Source: an uncultured delta proteobacterium
Lineage (GTDB): Bacteria > Desulfobacterota > Binatia > UBA9968
Direction of reading: 5' to 3'
Length of the DNA: 64,000 nucleotides
Assembly (NCBI GenBank): GCA_963804165.1
Contig: CAWDPO010000010.1
Coordinates: 192,001-256,000, forward strand
Below the pieces are notes generated by a model. It was given only the letters and a program-made list of their open reading frames with translations. It was not told the origin of the DNA and searched no databases. The first letter of the stretch is position 1, and the number at the start of each line of letters is the position of its first letter. The translations under genes and the position numbers were made by a program. Of the stretch, positions 56,924-64,000 are shown one piece after another.

Positions 56924-57092
56924 CTTGGCCCTCCTTGTTGGATCAACGAACAATCATTTGACGGACCCACTTAACCAAAGCGCAAGGCCTCAGACGGGTT
57001 TCATCAGCGGGACCATTCGCTCGGCGCGCTCTTCGGTAACCGGACCCTCGGGAAACGGCGTCAGCCTACAAAAGTCAAACCGCGATTGTCAA
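56924..57092 (-). promoter_or_regulatory. Sigma70 promoter plus ~130-nt structured 5' leader of the RRM gene
   Basis: TTGACA-N18-TAGGCT (57092-57063); leader can pair ACCGAAGAGCGC with GCGCTTTGGT around two small hairpins. Confidence 0.5.
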
Positions 57093-57168
57093 ATCTTTTC
57101 CGCCAGCGGTATCGGCTTCAAAATACCTTGCCGGAGCGGGGCGCTTAAGCTAGATCAATGGAGGATTA

Positions 57169-57465
57169 ATGGAAATGGACAATTCTTCCGAACCAGCCCG
57201 AGTCCATTTTAAAGTTCGCGGTCGCGTGCAAGGAGTCTATTTTCGCGCGTCAACTGTGCAGCAGGCACAGGAACTCGGATTGACCGGCTGGGTTAGGAAC
57301 TGTGACGATGGTTCGGTGGAGGGCATCGCAGAAGGTCCACGAAGCCGGCTTGAAACACTGATTTCCTGGTGTCGGCAAGGACCGCCGGGCGCCAAAGTCG
57401 CCAACGTCGAAGTCCAATGGCACATGGCCCAAAATGCTTTTCAAAGTTTTTTGATTAAGCGGTGA
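57169..57465 (+). CDS. acyP: Acylphosphatase
   Basis: VRGRVQGVYFR, GWVRN..DGSVE, GPPGAKV. Confidence 0.95.
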   Translation: MEMDNSSEPARVHFKVRGRVQGVYFRASTVQQAQELGLTGWVRNCDDGSVEGIAEGPRSRLETLISWCRQGPPGAKVANVEVQWHMAQNAFQSFLIKR

Positions 57466-57488
57466 CTGATAAATATTTGAACGCGCGG

Positions 57489-57524
57489 TCACTGGTGGGA
57501 GGCGGACTTTCCCCCCACCAGTGA
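57489..57524. terminator. Stem-loop between convergent acyP and the peptide gene
   Basis: TCACTGGTGGG ... CCCACCAGTGA, 11-bp perfect arms, weak U-tract. Confidence 0.6.
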
Positions 57525-57552
57525 AGCGGCGTGTGTGGCTAGGTTACGCGAT

Positions 57553-57687
57553 CTAGTCGCCTGGTTTTTCCGGCTTGGGCTTGGGGGGCGGTTCTTCCTG
57601 CGCGCTCACGGGCGCCGACAGATTGATGATCGAACCGACCAGATTGAGACCGAGAACGATTGCCAATGCCATCATGATTTTCTTCAT
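57553..57687 (-). CDS. 44-aa secreted peptide precursor (signal peptide + QEEPPPKPKPEKPGD)
   Basis: ATG at 57687 with GAGGAGGTG RBS; MKK n-region, hydrophobic h-region, V-S-A cleavage site. Confidence 0.75.
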   Translation of the reverse strand: MKKIMMALAIVLGLNLVGSIINLSAPVSAQEEPPPKPKPEKPGD

Positions 57688-57742
57688 ATGCGTTTCACCT
57701 CCTCTCGCGCAAAAACTTTTCGGCTCTGTTTGACGTGGAGAG

Positions 57743-57759
57743 CGCAAGCCAAATGCCAA
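57743..57759 (-). promoter_or_regulatory. Sigma54 promoter of the peptide gene
   Basis: Minus strand TTGGCATTTGGCTTGCG = TGGCA-N6-TTGC, GG-N10-GC. Confidence 0.75.
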
Positions 57760-58079
57760 AACTTCGATGATGACAGGAGCAAAAATAGGCGATAGAAAAT
57801 GAATACATGGCGGATTGGCGCGGAATCGGTGGAATAATGCTGTTGCAAGTCACCACAACCAAAAACCAAACGAGTTGTTGGCGCGGCTCCAAGCCAATGA
57901 TTTGCAACGATAAACATCAGATTTAGAAATTCCCTACAGTACCGCGGCAAGTTGCAACAGGTAACGTGACTATCATTCGGGCAGATTATGGAAATGTCGC
58001 CAACAGCCGAAGGTTTTCTCTCCCATTCGGAGATTGAACAATTAGGAATAATATTTGCTGTGTTGCATCGGCACCCCTT

Positions 58080-59621
58080 GTGAAGCTCGGAACAAAAATT
58101 ATCCTCCTTGTTGTGCTCACGGTTGCAATGACGATGGCCATCCACGGCTATCTGAGCATTCAGCAAGATCAAGAAAACATTGAGCGCGGCGTGCGCCTTG
58201 GCATGCGCGGTTTCGCGCAAGCCGTGCGGGCGGCCCTCAGAGACCTCTACGCCGATAACGAAAATATCGAAGCGACGCGGGAGTTCGCGATAGCGGTCGC
58301 GCCCCGGGGTAATATTCACGGATTAATTATCTACGACATTAATGCGCAGCCCGTGGCGATTTCACCATCGCTCAACTACCCGGGCGACTTTCCCGAACTG
58401 AATCCCGCACCGATCCTGCGCCTGGATCCGCGTCCGGCGTTGCGCGAAAAGAAGGAAAGCGAAGGATACCTTCGAGACCAGAACGTTTTTATCTATTATC
58501 GTATCGAGCCGATCTATAGCTCTGGGGGTCGCATGACAGGCGCCTTTGTTCTGGCCCGCCACGGCACGGCACTGATTTCCTCGATCGCCGACAGACGCAA
58601 TCGAATAATGATCACAACGTCAGCGCTAATCCTCTTGCTCTCGTTGTTTGTGTGGATCATCGTGCAGCGCAGCGTCGCCCGGCCAATCCATCGCCTCATC
58701 GAGCGCATTCGCGCAGTCGGACGCGGTCATTGGGAGCAGCGTATCGATATTAGCGGTGACGACGAAATCGCCTCCCTGGCGCGCGAATTCAATCTAATGT
58801 CCGAAGAGCTGCAGAATATGTATTCCCGTTTGACGGCGGAGCAACTTGAGAAGCTCAAATTGGAGCAGGACCTGCGCCGCTCGGAACGTTTGGCTTCCGT
58901 CGGGCAGCTCGCCGCGGGGCTCGCTCATGAACTCGGCACGCCGCTCAACATCATCTCCGGACGAGCCGAGCACCTGTTGCGCCGGGCGCGCAGCGTCGAT
59001 GAAATGAGAGACAACTTGCAAATTATCACCTCCCAGAGCGAACGTATCACTGCTATTGTCCGCCAGCTGCTCGATTTTTCCCGGCGCCGGGACCCGCTAT
59101 TTCGTACCGTTGACATCGGCGTATTGTTGAAGAAGGTGACTGACTTACTGGCCCATCAGCTGGAAAAGAAATTGATAAGGGTCGACTTGTCATGCCCCAC
59201 ACCGGCGCCGCAACTTCGCGCCGACGCGGAATTGTTGCAGCAGGTTTTCATGAACCTTTGCGCGAACGCGATCTACGCGCTCGATATCGGCGGCGTGATC
59301 AAAATCCGGGTTGAACCTATGGGGACCAGCCAAGCCGCCGGCAATGCGAACGGCGCGTCCCATGGAGTGCGCGTTATTTTCGAAGACAACGGCGCCGGCA
59401 TCGCCGGTGAGAATCTCGGTCGTATCTTCGATCCTTTTTTCACCACGAAGGATATTGGCGAAGGCAGCGGTCTCGGCCTGTCCGTCGCCTTCGGCATCAT
59501 CAAGGATCACGCGGGAGAGATTCGGGTTGAAAGCGAACAGGGGAAATACACGCGCTTCGTGATCGATCTGCCAGACGCCGCTGCGAAACCGAAAACCGCA
59601 TCGCAACAGATTGCGTCATAA
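58080..59621 (+). CDS. Membrane sensor histidine kinase (TM, periplasmic sensor, TM, HAMP, HisKA, HATPase; NtrB/ZraS-like)
   Basis: RLASVGQLAAGLAHELGTPL, QVFMNLCANA, DNGAGI, IFDPFFTTK, GSGLGL. Confidence 0.93.
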   Translation: MKLGTKIILLVVLTVAMTMAIHGYLSIQQDQENIERGVRLGMRGFAQAVRAALRDLYADNENIEATREFAIAVAPRGNIHGLIIYDINAQPVAISPSLNYPGDFPELNPAPILRLDPRPALREKKESEGYLRDQNVFIYYRIEPIYSSGGRMTGAFVLARHGTALISSIADRRNRIMITTSALILLLSLFVWIIVQRSVARPIHRLIERIRAVGRGHWEQRIDISGDDEIASLAREFNLMSEELQNMYSRLTAEQLEKLKLEQDLRRSERLASVGQLAAGLAHELGTPLNIISGRAEHLLRRARSVDEMRDNLQIITSQSERITAIVRQLLDFSRRRDPLFRTVDIGVLLKKVTDLLAHQLEKKLIRVDLSCPTPAPQLRADAELLQQVFMNLCANAIYALDIGGVIKIRVEPMGTSQAAGNANGASHGVRVIFEDNGAGIAGENLGRIFDPFFTTKDIGEGSGLGLSVAFGIIKDHAGEIRVESEQGKYTRFVIDLPDAAAKPKTASQQIAS

Positions 59622-59798
59622 ATCCTGGATCGGAAGCTCTGGTTATTCATACCCTGCGGGCCGATCGTCGAACCCGCGGGGGGAGCCTCGCGAAGTCTAT
59701 CACTGAATGGCGTTGCGATCGTCCACCCTACTTTGCGTCGCGTCAGTTTTTCCGCATTCATCAGCCTGCACTTTGGCGCCACCGGCACACGCGGCCGG

Positions 59799-60638
59799 TT
59801 AACAATTGTTCTTTTTGCCCTGTGCCAGTGTCAGCCGATAAATGGCTTTCTTGGAGTAGCCATACTGTTCGCTCAAAACTTCAGCGATGGCTTTAACGTG
59901 CAGTCCGTCGCGCCGTAGCCGGAGAATATCGGCTTCCAGAGTTGCCTCCGAGATCGGCGCCTCAGCGGAGAAACCTTGAACTACCAGCGTGATTTCACCG
60001 CGAATCTCCCGGTTTTCGAGTCGAAGCTGCACTTCGCTCACCGGGCCGCGGCAAAATTCCTCGTGGACCTTGGTCATCTCGCGAGCGATAACGATCTGGC
60101 GATCGCCTATGAGCTCGCGCATGTCCGACAAGCTATCTTTAAGCCGGTGCGGCGCCTCATAGAAGACAAGAGTTCGCGTCTCATTCCGCAGCGCCGACAG
60201 CCTTCTGCGCCTTTCTTGTTTTTTCCCAGGCAAAAAACCCTCGAAGATGAAACGGCCCGATGGCAGGCCACTGCTACTCATGACCGCGGCGAGCGCCGAT
60301 GCGCCGGGAATCGGCGTTACTTTAATGCCCGCGGCGATTGCGCCGAGAACAAGACGGTAACCGGGATCCGAGATCGCCGGTGTGCCCGCGTCCGAGACCA
60401 GAGCGATACTCTCGCCGCGCAATAGACGCTCGACCAGGGACTGGGCTTTACTCTGCTCGTTGTGCTCGTGATAACTGGTCAGCGGCGTTTTAATGCCGTA
60501 ATAATTGAGCAGGTTGAGGGTATGACGAGTGTCCTCGGCGGCGATCAGATCTGCTTCTTTCAGAACGCGCAGCGCTCGAAGCGTGATATCTTCGAGGTTG
60601 CCGATCGGAGTAGCGACGATGTAGAGCAACCCGGGCAT
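59799..60638 (-). CDS. rsmI: 16S rRNA C1402 2'-O-methyltransferase
   Basis: LYIVATPIGNLEDIT, AEDTR, VSDAGTPAISDPG, YEAPHR, REMTKVHEE. Confidence 0.97.
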   Translation of the reverse strand: MPGLLYIVATPIGNLEDITLRALRVLKEADLIAAEDTRHTLNLLNYYGIKTPLTSYHEHNEQSKAQSLVERLLRGESIALVSDAGTPAISDPGYRLVLGAIAAGIKVTPIPGASALAAVMSSSGLPSGRFIFEGFLPGKKQERRRRLSALRNETRTLVFYEAPHRLKDSLSDMRELIGDRQIVIAREMTKVHEEFCRGPVSEVQLRLENREIRGEITLVVQGFSAEAPISEATLEADILRLRRDGLHVKAIAEVLSEQYGYSKKAIYRLTLAQGKKNNC

Positions 60639-60660
60639 TCGCAGCGCTCCTGCTACGCGG

Positions 60661-60714
60661 ATTGAGAATCGAGGATCGAGGGACGCGATCTTCTATCTTC
60701 GATCATCGACTCTC
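60661..60714. repeat. Heptamer-repeat (ATCGAGG-like) hairpin
   Basis: ttgagaatcgaggatcgagggacgcgatcttctatcttcgatcatcgactc. Confidence 0.55.
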
Positions 60715-60719
60715 CTGTC

Positions 60720-61541
60720 TCACTTGCCCCAATCCCGCGAATAGCGAAAATCACGGTCGATGGTTCGATGCGACACTTTGGCAATCACCGGCAGGCGTCG
60801 CTTAAATTGTGTAGTCATGATCTGGAGAGCAACTCTATCGATAAACGTTTCAGTAAATCCTAAAGTCATTAGCTCCGGCTTGGTGCAACGCTGATCGACC
60901 ATCATATAGAGAAGCTTGTCCACTTCCCGGTAAGTGAATCCCAACTCTCCCTCGTCGGTTTGACCTACCCAGAGATCGGCTGAGGGCTCCTTTGCGACTA
61001 TCACCGATGGCACGCCGATCGCTTCGGCCAACGCCCAGACCTGCGTCTTGTAAAGATCGCCGAGCGGATTTATCGCCGAAGCCATATCCCCGTACAGCGT
61101 CCCATAGCCGAGCAATAATTCGGTTTTGTTGCTCGTGCCGATCACCAAGCCGTTCCAGTGGGCCGAATGATCGTAGAGTATCGTCATGCGCTCGCGCGCC
61201 ATCTTGTTGCCGCGCCGCCGCGCATCGGCGTCCGGGAAGCGCTCGAAGTAGGCATCGATTTGCGGCGTAATATCGACGACCAGCGATTGGAGGCCGATTT
61301 TCTGTACGACCACCTCGGCATGCGCCAGGCTATCGGGATTGGAACTTTTGTAGGGCATCAAAATAGCGAGCACGTTTTTCGCGCCGAGCGCTTCGGCCGC
61401 CAGCATGGCGCTGAGCGCCGAATCGACGCCGCCGGATAGTCCCACGACGGCTTTGCCCAAGCCGGTCTTGTGCACTTCATTGCGGATAAATCCGGTGAGG
61501 ATTTCGCGCAACAGCGGCGCGTTGGAAGGAATTTGAATCAT
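60720..61541 (-). CDS. nadE: NAD+ synthetase (synthetase subunit)
   Basis: [38 protein letters not shown]. Confidence 0.96.
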   Translation of the reverse strand: MIQIPSNAPLLREILTGFIRNEVHKTGLGKAVVGLSGGVDSALSAMLAAEALGAKNVLAILMPYKSSNPDSLAHAEVVVQKIGLQSLVVDITPQIDAYFERFPDADARRRGNKMARERMTILYDHSAHWNGLVIGTSNKTELLLGYGTLYGDMASAINPLGDLYKTQVWALAEAIGVPSVIVAKEPSADLWVGQTDEGELGFTYREVDKLLYMMVDQRCTKPELMTLGFTETFIDRVALQIMTTQFKRRLPVIAKVSHRTIDRDFRYSRDWGK

Positions 61542-61566
61542 GACTGCTACGACAGGGAGCCGGAGA

Positions 61567-62487
61567 CTAGCGCTTTCGCTTTTTTGACGCTTTGAAGCGT
61601 TGAACTTTCGAACCTTTGAGCTTTTGCGCGAAATACGCCGCTGGCCGCTCGCGAATCCGCATCAACTCGTTGATCGTAAGATCGATGTCCTCATCGCGCA
61701 GCAAGGGCGACATCGTGCGTTTACGCCGAACTGATTCTAAAGCGACTTCCGCGACGATAAAATCTTCCTCATAGTACTTGGCTTTGGCGATACATTGACC
61801 GAAGGGATCGACGACTTCCGAGCCGCCCCAAAACCCCACGCCGTCCTCGAAACCGCAGCGATTACCGTAAATCATGAACAGACTGTAAGTCTCTGCGTAG
61901 GTACGATTGATCATCTCCCAGTAGCGCGCGTTGTCGTCCCGAGCTTGCCCGTCGACGATACCGCGCAGCGGACTCGCCGATGGGCAGAGAACCGCAAGCG
62001 CGCCGTCCAAAGCAGCCAGATAAATCGTCGACGGGTGCCACAGGTCCTCACAGATCAGCAGCGCCAAACGGCCGAATTTCGAATTGAAGACGCGAATCCG
62101 GTCACCTGCGGCGAAATAGCGCTGCTCGTCGAACATGCCGTAGGTCGGCAAGTAGACCTTGCGGTGCGTGTGGCGAATTTCGCCGTCCTCAAAATATACC
62201 GCAGAATTGAAAAACCGATGGTCGGCGCTTTCTTCGACGAGACCGGCGACGAACGGTAACTTGCCGCTTAGCTTCTTCAGCGTTTTCATTTCCGCGGCAT
62301 TCATCGTCAGCGCGACGCTGGGAACCGTGTCGCGAAGATAGTAACCCGTGAGACTCAACTCGGGAAAAAGCAGGAGATCAGCCGCCTCTTTCTCCGCCCG
62401 GCGAATAGTTTGCTCATAAAGACCCATGTTGGCCCCGAGGTCGCCGAGTTTCGGATTTATTTGCGCAATCGCGATGCGAATCGACAC
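61567..62487 (-). CDS. Nitrilase-family (carbon-nitrogen hydrolase) protein; probable glutaminase subunit for NadE
   Basis: GTG at 62487 with GGAGA RBS; [32 protein letters not shown] (E-K-C triad). Confidence 0.9.
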   Translation of the reverse strand: MSIRIAIAQINPKLGDLGANMGLYEQTIRRAEKEAADLLLFPELSLTGYYLRDTVPSVALTMNAAEMKTLKKLSGKLPFVAGLVEESADHRFFNSAVYFEDGEIRHTHRKVYLPTYGMFDEQRYFAAGDRIRVFNSKFGRLALLICEDLWHPSTIYLAALDGALAVLCPSASPLRGIVDGQARDDNARYWEMINRTYAETYSLFMIYGNRCGFEDGVGFWGGSEVVDPFGQCIAKAKYYEEDFIVAEVALESVRRKRTMSPLLRDEDIDLTINELMRIRERPAAYFAQKLKGSKVQRFKASKKRKR

Positions 62488-62631
62488 AGCTGAGTCTCCA
62501 TTATAGAAACGCCGCAATAAATTCTTAAGAAAGTAACATAGGGGTGAGCTCACTTGCAATTTAGCCGCTGCGCGCCTATTTTTGAGATGAATTCTATTGA
62601 CCAAGGAACTTTGCCGGGTTGTCCAACGTCC

Positions 62632-62856
62632 ATGGATGAAAAAGTTCTTATCTTCGGAAAAGATCTCTGACCGTACACTGCCGGTGCCCGGGAGGCATTC
62701 ACGCGCCGTAAAATTCCTCACGAATATGTCAACGTACTTGAAGACGACCAAGGCCTGGCGCGCATGCTCAAGGTTACCAACGGCCGGCGCCAAGTACCCG
62801 TCATTGTCGAAGCTGGCAAAGTCACCATCGGTTTCGGCGGGTCGTGAGAAGTCTAG
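62632..62856 (+). CDS. Uxx-star-type glutaredoxin-like selenoprotein with two Sec (U13, U72)
   Basis: MDEKVLIFGKDL-U-PYTAGAREAF...GRRQVPVIVEAGKVTIGFGGS-U-EV-stop; TGA at 62668 and 62845, TAG at 62854; hairpins after both TGAs. Confidence 0.85.
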
Positions 62857-62859
62857 CGC

Positions 62860-62874
62860 GCCGGCGGTGTCGGC
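62860..62874 (+). promoter_or_regulatory. Candidate bacterial SECIS element for the C-terminal UGA
   Basis: GCCGGC-GGT-GTCGGC hairpin starting 13 nt after the UGA, with G-G-U apical loop. Confidence 0.55.
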
Positions 62875-62923
62875 CCGATTTGCCAGTCGCCCATCCGCGT
62901 AATCGAACGGTGTAAGGCCGAGC

Positions 62924-64000
62924 GTGACCGAGCCCATCAAGCAGCGAATCACCGATAAGATCAAAGCGGTCTACGGCGCTCATGCGACGTTGACCTCGCT
63001 CGTGCCGCTCGCCGGCGATGCGTCGAGCCGACGTTATTACCGGGCGCATGTGAGCGGCCCCGGCATGCCGTCATCCATTATCGTCATGGAGCTTCCGGCG
63101 GGGAGTTCACTACCGCTATCCAGCGAAGAGCTGGCGATATTCAAGGAAAGTCCCAAGGAACTGCCCTTCTTGAACATGCATCGTTTTCTAAGCCGGACCG
63201 GCGTCAACGTCCCGCAACTCTATGGTCAATGGGAAGAGGAAGGCATTCTATTGCTCGAAGACCTCGGCGATACCGCGCTTTGGGACCGGGTCCAGGGGCT
63301 GTCGGAGAGTGCTGTCCTTGGGTGGTATCAAAAGGCCATCGACGAGCTATTGAATTTACAAATCCGCGGTACGCAGAATCGCGACGTCTCTTGCATCGCT
63401 TTCCAGCAGCGCTTCGATTTTAAGCTCTACATGTGGGAGTTCGCGCATTTCATCGAATGGGGTCTGGAAAAACGTCCGGGCTCGGCCATCAGCAGCGCCG
63501 CGGTCGATCAGTTGCGCAAATCGTTCGCCGTGATCGCCGAACTTCTGGATCGTCAAACGCCCTGTTTGAGCCATCGCGATTACCATAGTTGGAACTTGAT
63601 GATTTGTAACGAAGCGGTCAGGATCATCGATTTTCAAGATGCCTTGATGGCGCCGCCACACTACGATCTCGCTTCCCTCCTCAACGACCGGATCACGGAC
63701 AGCGTCGTTCGGCCGCCGCTCGAAGAGCGGCTTGTTCGTTATTATATCGACCGGAGCCGCGAGCTGAACGGAGGCCTCAACCCGGCCGATGAATTTTTCG
63801 AGATTTACCGTCTGTCGACGATTCAAAGGGACCTGAAAGTCGTCGGCCGTTTCTATTATCTCGATCTCGTGAAGGGCAAGCCGGGCTACATGAAATTCGT
63901 CCCATCGACGGTGCGGCGCCTTAAACGCAATCTCGCCAGCGTCCCGCAAACACAAGCGATACTGAATTTACTGCTCGACAATTTCGAGGCGATGCAATGA
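62924..64000 (+). CDS. amgK: Aminoglycoside-phosphotransferase-fold kinase; probable anomeric MurNAc/GlcNAc kinase
   Basis: LAGDASSRRYYR, LLEDLGD, HRDYHSWNLM, IDFQDA, YDLASLL, QRDLKVVGRF. Confidence 0.75.
   Translation: MTEPIKQRITDKIKAVYGAHATLTSLVPLAGDASSRRYYRAHVSGPGMPSSIIVMELPAGSSLPLSSEELAIFKESPKELPFLNMHRFLSRTGVNVPQLYGQWEEEGILLLEDLGDTALWDRVQGLSESAVLGWYQKAIDELLNLQIRGTQNRDVSCIAFQQRFDFKLYMWEFAHFIEWGLEKRPGSAISSAAVDQLRKSFAVIAELLDRQTPCLSHRDYHSWNLMICNEAVRIIDFQDALMAPPHYDLASLLNDRITDSVVRPPLEERLVRYYIDRSRELNGGLNPADEFFEIYRLSTIQRDLKVVGRFYYLDLVKGKPGYMKFVPSTVRRLKRNLASVPQTQAILNLLLDNFEAMQ

Noticed and set aside
56985-57030. CTGATGA in the RRM leader (and again near 59760) suggesting a hammerhead ribozyme
   Set aside because: No stem II followed by GAAA and no properly placed cleavage triplet
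59622-59798. Possible rnpB (RNase P RNA) downstream of rsmI, as in some proteobacteria
   Set aside because: Too short and lacks the GAGGAAAGTCC and AGAACCCGGCTTA signatures
62488-62964. 159-aa N-terminal extension of the nitrilase ORF (61567-62964 in the track)
   Set aside because: It is the antisense shadow of the selenoprotein gene; nitrilase similarity begins at GTG 62487, which has its own RBS

Overview
Bacterial, moderately GC-rich window. Gene content and order suggest a deltaproteobacterium-like organism, possibly Ca. Binatia (inference only). Most of it is core housekeeping DNA on the minus strand: prfA, rpmE, tRNA-Ala(GGC), nadK-recN, ilvE, hup, ppx, trmFO, topA, dprA, der, era, greA, ligA, rsmI, nadE. 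It also carries phosphonate-type and Opp/Dpp ABC transporters and a six-gene MoxR AAA+/DUF58/vWA membrane operon at 27-38 kb. Signals the ORF track misses or mis-calls: (1) a 74-aa glutaredoxin-like selenoprotein with two in-frame UGA codons, each followed by a SECIS-like hairpin (62632-62856); (2) a sigma54-driven 44-aa precursor of a 15-aa secreted Pro/Lys/Glu peptide, divergent from an orphan NtrB-type sensor kinase, a candidate peptide-signalling module (57553-59621); (3) a second sigma54-driven microprotein (24511-24705); (4) a perfect 4x7-nt repeat plus a REP-like palindrome inside the DUF58 coding sequence; (5) a greA leader terminator; (6) a structured leader before an RRM gene; (7) a cNMP-patatin gene lying antisense inside the phnDCE operon; (8) a dppA'::'dppC deletion scar. 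A cluster of frameshifts at 18.6-22 kb in normally essential genes is most likely sequencing or assembly error. No CRISPR array, integrase, transposase or prophage was seen.
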